Shown here in pieces: positions 12,589 to 25,208 of a stretch of DNA of 64,000 nt (position 1 is its first letter; each line of letters starts with the position of its first letter). The stretch is from Macrostomum lignano (taxonomy: Eukaryota), in assembly GCA_002269645.1 (NCBI GenBank), contig NIVC01002466.1, forward strand, positions 81,581 to 145,580, in the 5' to 3' direction. The position numbers were made by a program, and so were the translations under genes. Under the pieces are notes generated by a model. The model was not told the DNA's origin. It saw only the letters and a program-made list of their open reading frames with translations, and searched no databases.

Positions 12589-14294
12589 CTAAACCAACTC
12601 CATAATCTGCTCAACAGTGAGCATTTCTTTGAAGATGCCGAGTACTTTGATTCGGCCGTACAAAAACTTTGTTGGCGCATTATGCCAGTTGAAGCCAAGG
12701 TAGAGGCAGCCGATTCGCTCGGGATCCGTGCCGTACGTGCTGGCGGAGGTGTAGAAGGTGGTGTCCAGCTTCACACCGTTCACCACAAAGTAGCCGGATG
12801 TCGGGCCGATGGCCATGGCAAAGTGGATTACAGAGCCGCTGGGATAGGTGTAAGTCGATCCAGCAGCGACGGACGTTGCAACCTGCCAATCGCCAGTCAG
12901 GGAGTTCAGGAACCAGCCTTCGTTTCCAACGGACTGTTCGTTGATGGCACCGTTGTGGTTGTTGTTGTTGGAGCAGCTGGCGAACATGGCGAGCTCGGTT
13001 CGATCTTTTACAGTGCCCCGAACGAAAGTGACAAAGAAGGTGAATTGCGTCCCAGCCCTGAAAGGTGTCGGTGGGATGCTTTTAGATTAGAAGTGGAGGG
13101 TCAGTGAAAAATTGAAATTCAAATTCAAAATACAAAAACAAAAAACGAACCTGACGAGCGAGTCGAAGCCAATGTGCGACAGGTTGAGCCTCACGAACTG
13201 CGATATGCTCAACGGAATCTGGACGCCGTCGGGTCCGATGTCGATCGGTGTGTTGTTGACGGCCGGCATGACGGTCGGGTTGGCGAGGTTTAGCATGCTC
13301 GAGTTGAAGGTGTAGAAGGCGAGCATTGATGAGGCCCAGGTGCGCGCTTTGTGCCACATGCTGCAGCCTTGGACGCCGTGGAGGCGGCTGTTCAGGTAGA
13401 GGCTGAGCGATCCCTCAAAGCAGCCGGACGCGTTGAAGACGAAGAACTCGCAGGTCGGACGCGACGCGCAGGCGTGGGCGCAAACGTCCAGGTGATGCGG
13501 CTGCGACCAAGCGAGGTGGAGCACAGGCGGGACATTGGCGGCCGCAGTGTGGGTGCACCAGGTCTCGCTGGAGAAGTGGCTTCGCCAACGGACCGACACG
13601 GCGAGAGGCGAGAAGTCGGCGGCTGGGTAGTCGGCGGCAGCGATGTGGGCGAAGTAGGCGGAGGCGTTGAACGACACGCAGCGGACGGCGGGTCCGGCGG
13701 CTTTGGGGGCAGCGGCTGCGGCGTCGAGAATCGGCGCAAACAGGGAGCCGTCCGCCGCCAGCCGCGTGCACCATCGGAAGCAGAGGAGCTCGGCCAGGTT
13801 TTCAGCCACGCTCGTAGAATTAAGGACCAGAAACAGCGCTTCGAGTGTTTTGTTGTCTTCGCAATTCTCTAAAAGCAAATTTTTTTATTCGAAACGCGGT
13901 TCTTTGGGTTCCTGCTTAGCACTAAATTTGTGTTTTGAATAAATAAAAATATGTTACCCAGAGCAGTGTCCATCTTGGCGATCAGTTTGCAACTTCCGGG
14001 CGTCAGCTGAGCCGACCGGTTTCGCAGAAGCCGCCACTTATTGTTGGAAAGCGACTCGTTGCCGTGGCAGGCGATGCAGCCGCTGGTCCTGGCGCAGTGC
14101 GCTGCGCATTCGATTTTACTCGCCGCTTCCGAGGCTTCAGCAAGCGACTCCTCAGTGCTGCAGAGCCCGTTAGTCACCGAGAAGTGAGCTGTGGCCGCCT
14201 GATCCACAGTTGCCGAGGCTGCACTGAGCGCCAGGAGAGTCAGAAGAAACGGCTGCACCAAGAGGTGCTGTCTGTCACAGTGAAATGTTTTCAT
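12589..14294 (-). CDS. Secreted protein: signal peptide + ~3 PAN/Apple-like modules + LamG/ConA-like lectin domain (~514 aa), copy 1. Exons 14294-13958, 13868-13151, 13078-12589
   Basis: Hydrophobic leader LLLTLLALSAASA. PAN motifs SKIECAAHCARTSGC and DVCAHACASRPTCEFFVF..C. LamG-like C-terminus (FAMAI..YFVVNG, LYLG..FLYGRIKVLGIFKEMLTVEQI). GT-AG introns in phase; spliced length 1545 nt. Confidence 0.8.
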
Positions 14295-15200
14295 AGATAT
14301 TGGAAATGTTTTGCTTGAGACTTCGAATTTATTGCAAATGGAGAGCGCCACTGAAAGCTGGGAACTTTTTCTGCTGTCGATTCCCCTCAACTCTTCGCGG
14401 ATGCGTCGGATAAATACTCGTCCAGACAACAGCAATCAACTTGAGTACCTATCAGTGCATTTGTCCGTAATTACCGTGTCTACTGATTTGGTGGAAGTCT
14501 GGCTTGATTGTTCCTTGCGGCTGAGCAATTCAGTTTTTCATTCAATTTATGATTGAATCAATTTTTATTTCTGTCTTGGTTTTGCTATATTTTAGCTTTT
14601 ACTTGACAACCAACGTTAATAGTTGATGGCGACTGAACAGTCCATGAGCACTGTGTTTATAATTTAATTTTTTTGCCATCTTGCCCTAGGTTCTGAAAAC
14701 TTCCGTTCACTTTAAGTCATGTTCCTGGACAAAATGGCTTAGCTGAGAGATCTTCGCTCGTTGACGAGTTTTTCAAATCGTCTCATTCGACTGAGCCTGG
14801 ACACGCACATGGATCTCACGCATTCGACAGTGCAATAGCTCGTTAAACTCTGAGCAGTTCTCCCCCCGGAGTCCGTTGCGGGCGAGAGCGGGCAGGCTCC
14901 TGCCACAATTGCACTAAACAGAAATGAAAAATTTGAACTACCGCTTGAACTTTGAACTACTGTTTTGCTACCGCAGCACGTTTATTTTCTGAGCAAAAAC
15001 TCGCGCATTTCCCGGTGAACCCGTCAGACTCCGGTCTGGCGGTGGTTAGCTGCAGAAAACTGCAGATGGAATTTGTCCCGTCATGCACTGTCGTTCTACT
15101 TCCCTGATCAGTAGTGTGAATCGCATCCAACCTGCAAGTTTCTATCCTATCTCCCTTTTAGCTTGTCTCCCTTCCCTTCTCCTTACCCTCCCCCATTGAC

Positions 15201-15290
15201 AGTCACCACGGTGTCCTGCAGCATGCGACTTCGATTTCATAGTGGTTAACGCAAGCAAGAGTGACAGCCTCAACCCCAAGTATGTTGCTA
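15201..15290 (+). repeat. Dispersed ~90-bp repeat, also at 21667-21755 and in copy 2 (~29930, ~36330); probably a LINE/SINE 3' tail
   Basis: Shared AGTCACC..GGTGTCCTGCAGCATGCGACTTCG.TTTCATAGTG..GCAAGCAA..GACAGCCTCAACCCCAAGTATGTT. Confidence 0.65.
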
Positions 15291-16846
15291 TATTTGACCT
15301 GCTACAGTGGATTCTACAAGCTATGCAGTTGCACAGAATCTTGCATATCCGATTCAAATGTTAAGAATCTCAAGTGAGCATCGTAGCTTGCGGCTATCAT
15401 AGCCAGCTGTACTTTAGAAACTCGAGTGTACCTCCGCACGATCGGTACACACAATCCAGCCGTTTCTGGACAGCACAAGAAAAAGATGCGCGCTAAGATT
15501 TGTGAGGCCCCCACCCCCGACGGCACAAACCACGCGCAAACAAAACAAAAGGAAAACAACAAAAAGTGTTCATGCAACGTGCAAAAGTCCTAACCAAACA
15601 GCGGACAGAAAGTTCGTCATCAGGTGGCCGTGTAAAAATCCCGCGGCCGTGCCACAGAAGGACGGGAAACCAAGTATCTTGGAAAAGAGGATGTGAACTT
15701 AAGAGTCAAAATGGAGCCCGAAAATGGAGCCCCGGTCCCGATTTCTCTACGCCAAGCTTAATTGACGAGAATGCCAAGATAAACGCTCTTTTTACAAGCG
15801 TATATGTTTGTAGGAAGATTCTCTTTCACCTTCATCATCAACAGCAGCTGAACTCCGATACTCATGCTGAGGTTTGGTCCAGCGGTCGTCAAAGAATCGG
15901 CGATGGTGGCTAGCCTGGCCAAGCCAGCGGACTGCAAGGACCGTCACCTGCCAAAGCAGCTGCAGCTCAAGAGCATCCTGGCAGGCTTCAGCGACCGCTT
16001 GCAAGTCATCGGATGCGTCAAGGGAGTCAGCGTTACCATCAAGCTGAGGCCAGATGCCAACCAAGTCTGCCATCGGCCTCCTGCGACTGCGCCGTCTCTG
16101 CATGGGCTACACGTCCGCCTCGGAGATCCTCCAGCATTTGATGACCTCCGTCCTGAGCGGTCTCCCGGGCGTGCATGACGACATCCTGGTGTACGCAAAG
16201 GACATCAAGGAGCACATCCAGCGTCTTCGAGACTGCCTTGCTCGACTGAAGGAGAGCAACATCACACTGAACATCAAGAAGTGTCGGTTCGCCCAGGGGG
16301 AGGTCGACTTCCTTGCCATGCGACTCACGGCCGCCGGCATCCACCCAAGCAAGGAGAAGGTGGAGGCCTTCCGCAGCTTCAAGCGGCCGACCAACGCGAC
16401 CGAGGTCCGCTCCTTCCTGGGTCTCGTCACCTTCGTGGCCAGCTTCATCAGCAACCTGTCCGATAGGGCCTGGCCGTTACGGGAGCTGACGAAGCGAGCC
16501 GCCGAGTGGACCTGAGGCGAGCAGCAGGAAGCGGCCTTCAACGACATCCAGCAGCCAGGCGCTGGCATTCGTCAACAGCGAACTGCAGATCCAGCTGATC
16601 GTGGACGCCAGCCCAACCGGCGTCGGCGCCATCCTTGCCCAGGTACAGCCGGACGGATCGACACGGCCGGTGGCCTACGCCAGCTGCAGTCTGAGCCCGA
16701 CGGAGCAGCGCTACTCCCAGACGGAGCGCGAGGCCCTGGCAGTGAAGTACGGTGGCCTGAAATTCCGGGATCTCGGCCACCGCCACGGATCGAGCGAATG
16801 ACATTGCGACTGCAAGACCTCGTGTTCCAGGTGGTGTACCAGCCCG

Positions 16847-19208
16847 TCCTACGTTTCGAGCCAGCGACAACGCCGCACCAAAAGAACGACTCGCTTCGCC
16901 TATCAGAAAGCCAACTGGGATCTTTTCCGCCAGGTCATCGAATCCGAGCTAAAACACTGGACAAAGCGCCCACCCCGGACCGCCTCAGGGGCGGCTGCCA
17001 AGCTCACTAACACCACACTCGCTAACGCAAGGGTTGCCCCCTGGCTTCCCACCCTCGTTTAACAACAACACCACACTCCGCGCGGCGAACAAGGCAATCC
17101 CCAAAGGCGCTCAGCGCGCCCCGATCGGCTGGTGGTGCCCCGAAGTCAAATCTGCCTGCAACGCCCGACGCGAAACACTGGAGAAGCTCAGGGCGGACCT
17201 AAACAACGAGACGCTTGCTACGGATTTCCAGACTGCGGCGGCCGCCGCCAACGAGGCCATCCGCAAAGCCAAAGAATCCCTGTGGCAAGAGTTCGTCAGC
17301 GACTACCAGGCAGAACTGAAGTCGGCGGACCTCTGGGGAATCATCCGCACCCTCGACGGCATATCACCAGCCTGCGGGCCGTCCGTTGCGATCAAAACCC
17401 CAACTGGACGCGTAGCCACCACAGACCGCCAAAAGGCTGACCTCTTCTGTAAAGAGTACGCAACAGTCAGCCACCAGCGGCGCGACAAAGCTATCGCCAT
17501 TGAAGCCAGAGCAGCCCTGGCGGCCCCCTGTAAGCTGCCTTGGTGAACCTTACCGCTGACTATCGCCCGATATGCCTTCTTTCCTGCGTTGCTAAGGTCG
17601 CTGAAAGGATGATCAACAAACGCCTCACCCAAGTGGAATGAGGATCAGCTGAATCAGCTGGAGTGAGGATCAATCCAGCCCAGGCCGGCTTTCGCAGGTA
17701 CCGCTCCACTGAGGAGCAAATCACTGCCGTCACGCACTACATCATAGATGGCTAAGAAGCCAGCAAAGCGCTCAGCTCTCCTCGGAGATTCTTCGAGAGC
17801 CTACAAAATGCCCAAACCGTCAAACTGCACCGCAAGAGGGTCCCCACCTGCATGAACCGATGGCTCAGAAGGTTCCTCTCGGACAGACGCGCCCGCGTCA
17901 CCTGGAACGGAACCAGTAGCTGGATCCTCACCTTCTCCGATGGCCTCCCGCAAGGATCGGTCCTCGCCCCGACCCTATGGATCGTCTACATGGACGACCT
18001 CCTGGATGGCGCGCCTGAGGACGTCCTGACTATAGCTTACGCCGACGACAGCAATCTTTGGAGCTCAGGGCGCGACTGTCCGGGAGTGCGAGCAAACCCA
18101 GCAACGCGCGACCGATTGGCTCCTGTTGTGGTCCCAAAACTGGAAAGTGGACCTCAGCAGGACCAAGTCGGTCGTTGCGTACTTCTCTCTCGACCTGCGT
18201 GAGACAAACGGAAAGGTGCAGCCACGCATCATGCTCGGCGTCTCCCAGGCCCCTTCGAACTGCACCCAAAACTGCTCGGCGTTTACCTGGATCCACAGCT
18301 TACTTTCCGCCACCAAGCCTCACTCCAACGCAGGAACCTGCAAAAACGCACCGGCGTCCTGAGGTGCCTCACCGGCCGTGATTGGGGTCAGGACTCGCAC
18401 ATCCTCTCACGCCTGTATCGCACCTACGCCGAATCTGCCGTCCTTCATGGCGCTGCAGCCTGGCTGAACTTCGCTTCGGACTCGTGCCGCCCTCGACATC
18501 CTGCCATGGCCGGGCAGCGGCGAGCTCCGCTGGGCCACAGACTCGCAGTCCCTGCTCCGGAGCCTCCTCGCTGGCCCATTACCGCGCCTTTCGCCATGCT
18601 GCAGGGACATCTGGGCTCTGCTCAGAAGAGTACCGTTGGGCCACCACGTCACCATCCAGTGGGTCCCCGGACACTGCAACCTGCGGCTCAACGACCTATA
18701 GCGGACAACACAGCGCGCGGCACGGCTCGGCTCCCCCAATCAGACGCTCCACTGGACCTCCGCAGCACCCGCTCGGCCATTGCTGTGCTAGTAGCCTCGG
18801 ACCTCCACCAGGCCTACGCCAATGACCAGCACTGCGCGACGCATCGCTCTGCCACTCACGGAAGGCCACCGAAACGCCTACCGCCGGGCTCCGGGCGCAA
18901 AGCCCATGTGACCTTGGCCCAGCTCCGCACCGCGGCCACTGCCTCCGCCTCCGCAAATATCGCAACCGCATCGGCCTGGAACCATCCGCGACCTGCCCAG
19001 CATGCGGCAAAGCTCAGGAGGACCTCGAACACCTCATGATCCAGTGCCCGGTACACGCAGACATCCGGGCGGAGGTCCTCGGACCAAACGCGTCGCTGAC
19101 GGTCATCGCAGACGACGGCCCCGCGTGCTCGAGTATCTCCAGAGGATAGGGGCGCAGACGCGCCCCCCCCCGGACTAGCTCTGGCCAAGAAACCATCACC
19201 ACCACCAC
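16847..19208 (+). mobile_element. 5'-truncated non-LTR retrotransposon with RNase H and CCHC knuckle (I/Nimb-like), nested in the Gypsy RNase H domain. Copy 1
   Basis: WWCPEV; GLPQGSVLAPTLWIVYMDDL..AYADD; RNase H TDSQS..TIQWVPGH; CPACGKAEEDLEHLMIQCP; (CAC)n tail ending at 19208. Confidence 0.88.
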
Positions 19209-20642
19209 GTTTTGAGCCGCCAGCCGCTGCCGATGCCGCCTAACAACGTTGGTGAGCAAGAAGACGTAATCTACGTGGTCACGGCAGTTTAAGCAGCAAC
19301 GCCGGTGTCCATCAGCCTGGCGACCATCAAAGCGGCATCCAACCAAGATGCCACAGTCCAAGCCGCGCCTCACGGCATCCGCAGTGTCAGGTTCGGGACA
19401 AGAGCAACCTGAACCCGAAGCGTGAAGGCTGCACACCGTCCCCCACGAGTTGTCTAAGCTCGACGGCCTGCTGCTACGTCTGGGCCAGATCTTCATGCCT
19501 ACAGCACTGCGCTACCGGTGCCTGCAGCTGGCGCACCAAAGTCACCAGGGAATTAGAGAGACAAGGTGTGCAAGCCAAGGTGTGGTGGCCCAGCATGCGA
19601 GCATCAGTACAGGCGCACGAGGTGGCCTGCCTGAGCTGTCAGATCTGTACCCGCGAGACCACGCCAAAGGCGACGCCGCTCAAGCCGACCAAACTACCGG
19701 CGGCGCCCTGGCTGGAGCTCGGCATGGACATCTTCGGGCCCGTCAACGTCAAGTCGCTGCTCGTCTGCACGGACCACTTCTCGCGCATCCCACTGGTCGA
19801 GGTCATGTCGAGCACCACCGCCGCGGCAGTCATCCGCATGCTGCGGAATTGGTTCAGCATCTTCGGGCAGCCCATGAAAGTGACGACCGGCAACGGCCCG
19901 TCCTTCGCGTCGGCTGAGTTTAGCAGTTTCTTGGTGGACCAAGGCTCCAGGCACCACCGGATCACTCCGCTGTACCCACAGGGCAACGGCGCTACGGAAA
20001 GGTGCAACCAGAGACTCAACAAGGCCATCGTACGGCCGTGGCCGAAGGCAGGGACTGGACGGCAGCAATCGATGAGTACCTGGCTGCGTACAGACGCACT
20101 CCGCACAGCGCTACTGGGATCGCGCCCGCCAGCGTTCCGTTCGGGCGGAAGATCACCGACACGATCCACAACCTCCAGCACTCGCAGCCGGTGGACGCAA
20201 CGAGAGCAGCCATCAAGGACAAGGACCAGCTGTCCAAGGAGAAGATGAAGCGCTACGCCGACCAAAGGGCCAAGGCAGCAGACCACTACATTCGGCCAGG
20301 AGACCGCGTCCTGCGATGGCTGCAGTCCAGACAAAAGGCCGGCGCCTTCTACGACTCAACGCCGTGGGACGTGTCCAAAGTGCTCGAAGACTCGCTGATC
20401 ACGCAGCGCGACGACACCACCTGCTGCTGGCACGCCACGCAGGTCAAGCGGCTGCCAGAAGCGCCAGACCAGCCAGCCGGGCCGGCGCCGCAGCCGCCTG
20501 GCATGCCAGGAAGCTTGGACAAAGCGGAGCCACCGATCGCGGCTCGGCCGCACCTGCGGCAGGCCAAAGGCAGAGACAAGATCTACAAAGAAGTTGATTC
20601 GATCAGCTTCGATTACCAATTTTATTCCACCTGGGGGAGAAT

Positions 20643-20873
20643 TGTCACGCCGCAGCCCTGTACTCACTTGTTGTTAAACGGGGTGCCTAGCGGTGCGAGG
20701 TGCTCACTCACTGTACTCTTTTACTGAAATCTGCACCCCCAACTTACCTCTCCCCTTTTTATGCCTTTTATACCAACGTGGCCGCACCTGATTGGCTGAG
20801 GCCTGAAGGCTCAAATATATAGGGCCAAGCGTTTTAGCGCCGCAAAATCAATACTGACTCCAGAGTCATGATA
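20643..20873 (+). repeat. Gypsy 3' LTR (231 bp); twin at 35305-35535
   Basis: Starts TGTCA right after the polypurine tract and ends CATGATA (imperfect inverse of TGTCATG); contains GATTGG and TATATA. Confidence 0.7.
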
Positions 20874-20882
20874 TTTAGAAGG

Positions 20883-21411
20883 CAGGTTTCACCGAAAAAT
20901 ACATTGCGGAGATCGGAAGTTTTCATTTTCCAGTAGAAAATTGTTTTTGTTCTTAATATAGAATACAGAGTCAATGTCCTTTTTTTCTATTTTTGCCTTT
21001 CTGAAATCAATCACTTATGGGAATATGAAGACAAGCCAGTTTTAGTATATAGGATATATGTTACGAATAGTTTTGCGTTCATGTCCCATGCCTAGCAATC
21101 ATTAAAAATGGCAACAATTCCACTCCATTGGTTTTATGAATCTATTCATATTTCATCATTCTCTACACATTTTGTTACACAGTCATTAAGTTATAAATGA
21201 TTGTGACATGATTCATGAAATTAATGAGCCGAGCTGTGCCATTCTTTGGATTTTCATGCACAAGACATGCACGATTCTACGTGGGATATAAAAATGAACT
21301 CAGCATCAAAAGATGAACACTGGGTCTGCCTTCTATCAAAAGTAATAACAATTTTTGTGCTGAAAGAATGAAAACCTCCTATCTCCGTAACGCATTTTTC
21401 GGCAAAACTTG
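20883..21411. mobile_element. Old MITE-like DNA element with long imperfect TIRs; twin at 35545-36075
   Basis: CAGGTTTCACCGAAAAATACATTGCGGAGATCGGAAGTTTTCATT at 20883 is the imperfect reverse complement of AATGAAAACCTCCTATCTCCGTAACGCATTTTTCGGCAAAACTTG ending 21411; no coding capacity. Confidence 0.72.
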
Positions 21412-22197
21412 AAACTTTCCAAGAAACGTAGTTTTCCATTCTTCTACTTGAGTAGTCTTTCGCTCAGGTACACATTCGATAGTGCGATAGTCGAGAATGG
21501 GGGCGAGCGTGCAGGAGCTCGACCTGCTTCTCAAAGCTCCAAGGTGGCTCTATCCCAAGGCCTCAGTCACATCTTCATCTTCTCATGCTTGGCGATTCAA
21601 GGGAGGAATTGGTCCGGCATCCAATCTGAATTCAATATGCTCTGCTTCTTAACCCTTCTCCATCCCAGTCACCGGTGTCCTGCAGCATGCGACTTCGGTT
21701 TCATAGTGTCTGAGGCAAGCAAAGGCGACAGCCTCAACCCCCAAGTATGTTACTATGTGTGCCATTTTATGCCACTCAGCAAAATCCTATTCAAATTTTA
21801 AGAATCTCCTGTGAACTTTGAGTTTGCAGGAAATTTTACAGTTTAAAATTTTTTTTACTCTCCTTAATTGTTTAATCCCATCTGAGCTCAACAAGCAGCG
21901 AATGTATGCGTTTAGCAGTGCAGAACTCATGCAGCTCAAACTGGAAAATGATGGAAATGCTTTGTTTAAGAGAGCCCAACCGTGCGCAAGCAGCAAGCAG
22001 TTTAGGGACGAATGCAGCTGAATTCTTTCATAAAAATTGCCATCCGTCTGTACGGCTGCTCCAGCCAATCCTACATTGAATGCGAAGAAAAACGAAAAAT
22101 CCCGGACAATGGGTGCTGCAGATATGATATATGCGGAGAAATCTTTCATTTCCCGACAATTCTGCCTCCCAAACAGCTTCACTGGTGCAGCATCAGG

Positions 22198-23985
22198 ATG
22201 AGACAGTGTCCTGTTAATCTGGTCTTCTGGCTGGCGGTAGCGCTGCTGCTGACTGATACCTGTGCCTCTCAGTAAGTTCCCCGCTATGTCCATGCAGATT
22301 AATTTTCCCATGTTTCCCATATCTTTCTAAGCATCTTCGCTCCGCACTTCAGAGACAGTGCGGTGCCAGTGTGTTCAAGGGAGACGTTTTCTCTGGAATC
22401 GGAGACAAGGACGCAAACGATGTTTACAAGGGTATCAACTGAAACCGTTGCTAGCATTCTTGACTGCGCAATGCTCTGCACCAAGCGCCCCGACTGTCTG
22501 TCGTTTGGATTCTCTGTCGAGGCGTTCGAGTGCCGAATGTCGAATGAAAATGCCGGAATTCCGGACTCGCGGTTCGTATTTTATCGCAGAAATTTGGGTG
22601 AGCGGATTTTTTTCGTTTTCCGGAACAAAAATCTAGCGATAGATTTTTACTGAAATAAGATTGAAATAAATATGATTCATTTCACGCTTTCCTGCATGCA
22701 GATTCGACATCATCGTGCAAAAACACTGTCTCGGCAACTGATGACGGCCGCTTGTGGTGTCCCATCCAGCAGCGAGTGAGCGACTCCGTCAGCTTTGAGC
22801 AGAGTTGGAGCAGCTACGAGACTGGGTTCGGCAACGAACTTAACTTCTGGATCGGTCTGTTGCTTTTTGTGATTTAAAAAGCTTGTTTAGCACCAGAAAG
22901 AGTTCCAATCATGGACTGCTAAAGTACAAGGATGCTAAGACTCGCAATTCGTGCGAATTCCGCTTGAGGTGGTTTCTCGCTGAAAAAAGCATTAGGCTAG
23001 TCAGTTGGGTACTTTTCAGCTGTCTTGTTCAAGATGCGCTCACAAGTTTGTCGAGAAAAAGTTTGAAAATTTATTTTTGAACTTCTGGTCTTAAGGGCCC
23101 GTTCTATAAAGCCAGCGTAAGATACGATCGTTCTTAGCTCCTATCTCCGCAGTGTAAAAGTTCCGACGTGCGATCGAACTTACGCTACGACAGCTTTATA
23201 GTACGACCCCTTAATGCTAATTCTTCAGCGAAAATTGGCCTACTTTAGTGTTGTTCGTTCGTCTACTTTAATTTGTTTCCAATGTATAAAGGGCCAGAGT
23301 ATACTCGCGCGCCGCGACCCCTTGGTTCGATTCCGTTGCGCGGCCGCATTCATTTGGGGTTTGTTGTGCAATTCACAACCATGAGACCCAAGCCCCAGGG
23401 CACAGGGAGTGTACATGCCTGATGATTATAAAGTCTGGGCTGCTGTTCACCCTGTGTGAGCGAGTGCATGATTGTGTGCCTGCGTACAGCATCGGTTAGG
23501 ACGGCTGGGTGTCCGCAACCCACCTAAAGTTGTCCACGTTCAAAACATTACCAGGCCTGCTGGACATTCACGAGCTCAGCTCGGTACTGGATGATGGTGT
23601 CACTCTGCTGGTTGAAATTTTCTCCTGGCACGAGGAGAAGCTGTTTCAAGAGTACTCCAACTTTCGAGTTCAAGACGCCAGATCGAAATATAACATGACT
23701 GTGGGACGCTTGGAGCGGACTCGCTCGAACTTTTTTTACAACAACCTCGGCTATCACAGTGGAATGCGGTTCTCCACGATGGAACAAGACAATGACCTAC
23801 TGGGTGGCTCCTGCTCTACATATTTCCACGGCAACTCCGGCTGGTGGTTCAAGTCCTGCGCTCAAGCAAACCCCAACGGCCTGTACTCCAATTCGGAGGT
23901 CAACAGCCCAAGTGCGATTTGCTGGATGCGGAACGGCAGCTGGACTTCGGTCAAAGCAACTCGACTGTCGCTAAACATACCTTGA
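22198..23985 (+). CDS. Secreted fibrinogen-related protein: signal peptide + PAN/Apple + fibrinogen C (FReD), ~300 aa, copy 1. Exons 22198-22271, 22353-22597, 22702-22854, 23555-23985
   Basis: Leader LVFWLAVALLL. PAN SILDCAMLCTKRPDCLSF. FReD WCPIQQRVSDSVSFEQSWSSYETGFGNELNFWIG|LLDIHEL..GMRFSTMEQDND..C..GWWFKSC..ANPNGLY. Spliced length 903 nt in frame. Confidence 0.9.
23095..23210. mobile_element. 116-bp fold-back MITE flanked by TTAA, in FReD intron 3; twin at 37766-37881
   Basis: TIR GGGCCCGTTCTATAAAGC / GCTTTATAGTACGACCCC; inner arms AGCGTAAGATACGATCG / CGATCGAACTTACGCT; TTAA on both sides. Confidence 0.85.
23311..23490 (+). mobile_element. Truncated tRNA-SINE relative in FReD intron; twin at ~37983-38170
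   Basis: B-box GGTTCGATTCC plus blocks shared with 47897-48258 (TTGTGCAATT, GGCACAGG, GTGTACATGCCT, CTGTGTGAG). Confidence 0.7.
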
Positions 23986-24170
23986 GCGACGACACCTCTG
24001 AGGCTCTAATCAAGTAATGATTGGGATGCTTGGGGTTCAACTGCACTCCTGCAGCCAGCTGTACCCTGTGCAACCTGCCACCGAGCACTGTGTAGTAACA
24101 GAACTTGGAAGTCAACAATCGCTCGATTCAGTTCACGCATGTAAATCCAATAGTTTAGAGCTAAAATAAA

Positions 24171-24654
24171 CAAAGCCGACGCTTCCGATGCCACCGCCGC
24201 CGCCACCGCCGCCGCCACCGCCGCCGCCGCCTCCAGTAAAATCGCCTCATCCGCCACCGCCAATGCCGCCTCTTCCGATGCAGATTCGAGAACAGACTGC
24301 AGTAACAGCGGTAAGAGGTCTTGGATACAACTGCTGTGCTTCTCAGAAGCTGCCGTTTCTGACGGTCAGTTATGACCATAGAGGGCCATACAACCGTCAG
24401 CTGCAGACATCTGACCTCCTCCTTCAAATCTGCTCCAGCCATCGCCATCGGCAGCTCCTCTGCCTCCGAAAGCGGCTCCCAGGTGGCCTGCCCGAGGCGA
24501 TTCGGCGGCGTCGTCAGCTGCTCTGCCTCATCCGGCGACAGCGTCCGAGGCTGGACAGGCCGGTATAGCCAAGACAGGACAAGAAAGCCAGCAGCTTCAT
24601 CGTCCGTCAGGCCGGGTCAAATCCATGGCAAGCAGATTTGAGGGGGTCATCTGA
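24171..24654 (+). pseudogene. Orphan 3' fragment (polyproline, last intron, last exon) of the PX-SH3 gene
   Basis: Matches 9494-9962 with an expanded (CCG)n tract; no upstream exons. Confidence 0.88.
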
Positions 24655-24779
24655 TTTGATCTCCTAAAGCAACTCTACTGAATCAGAGGTGAAGGAGTGA
24701 ACAAAATCGTATGTGAACTTGAAAGACCCCGTTTGCTAGCCAGATTTTTGTTCTATGGTGCAATGTCTGAATAACTCAC

Positions 24780-25208
24780 TGGCTAGACAGTAACACATCC
24801 GGCTAGCAACACATCCGGCTAGCAACACATCCGGCTAGCAACACATCCGGCTAGCAACACATCTGACTAGCAGTACATCCGGCTAGCAACACATCTGACT
24901 AGAAACACATCCGGCTAGTAACACATCCGGCTAGCAACACATCCGGCTAGCAACACATCTGGCTAGCAACACATCTGACTAGCAGTACATCCGGCTAGCA
25001 ACACATCTGACTAGCAGTACATCCGGCTAGCAACACATCTGACTAGCAACACATCTGACTAGCAGTACATCCGGCTAGCAACACATCTGGCTAGCAACAC
25101 ATCTGGCTAGTAACACATCCGGCTAGCAACACATCCGGCTAGCAACACATCCGGCTAGCAACACATCTGACTAGAAACACATCCGGCTAGCAACACATCC
25201 GGCTAGCA
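24780..25208 (+). repeat. 16-bp minisatellite, copy 2 (~27 units)
   Basis: Same unit as 10088-10645, with a new CTAGCAGTACAT variant. Confidence 0.95.

Larger units (their letters stand above)
15864..20873 (+). mobile_element. pol: Decayed Ty3/Gypsy LTR retrotransposon (RT-RNase H-integrase, PPT, 3' LTR). No gag or 5' LTR. Copy 1
   Basis: RT LCMGYTSASE..DDILVY..KKCRF..VRSFLGL. RNase H DASPTGVGAIL..VAYAS..YSQTEREAL. Integrase LGMDIFGP..GNGPSF..YPQGNGATER. PPT GGGGGAGAA. Multiple deletions, stops and frameshifts. Confidence 0.93.
9494..24174 (+). repeat. Segmental tandem duplication, copy 1 (~14.68 kb)
   Basis: Colinear near-identity with 24171-38850 over the whole length (e.g. ORFs 11050/25615, 15864/30860, stops 23985/38661). 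Confidence 0.97.

Noticed and set aside
23985-24170. Minus-strand exon (KFCYYTVLGG..SLK|GTATGT)
   Set aside because: A donor is present but there is no convincing acceptor or homology, and it overlaps the FReD 3' end.
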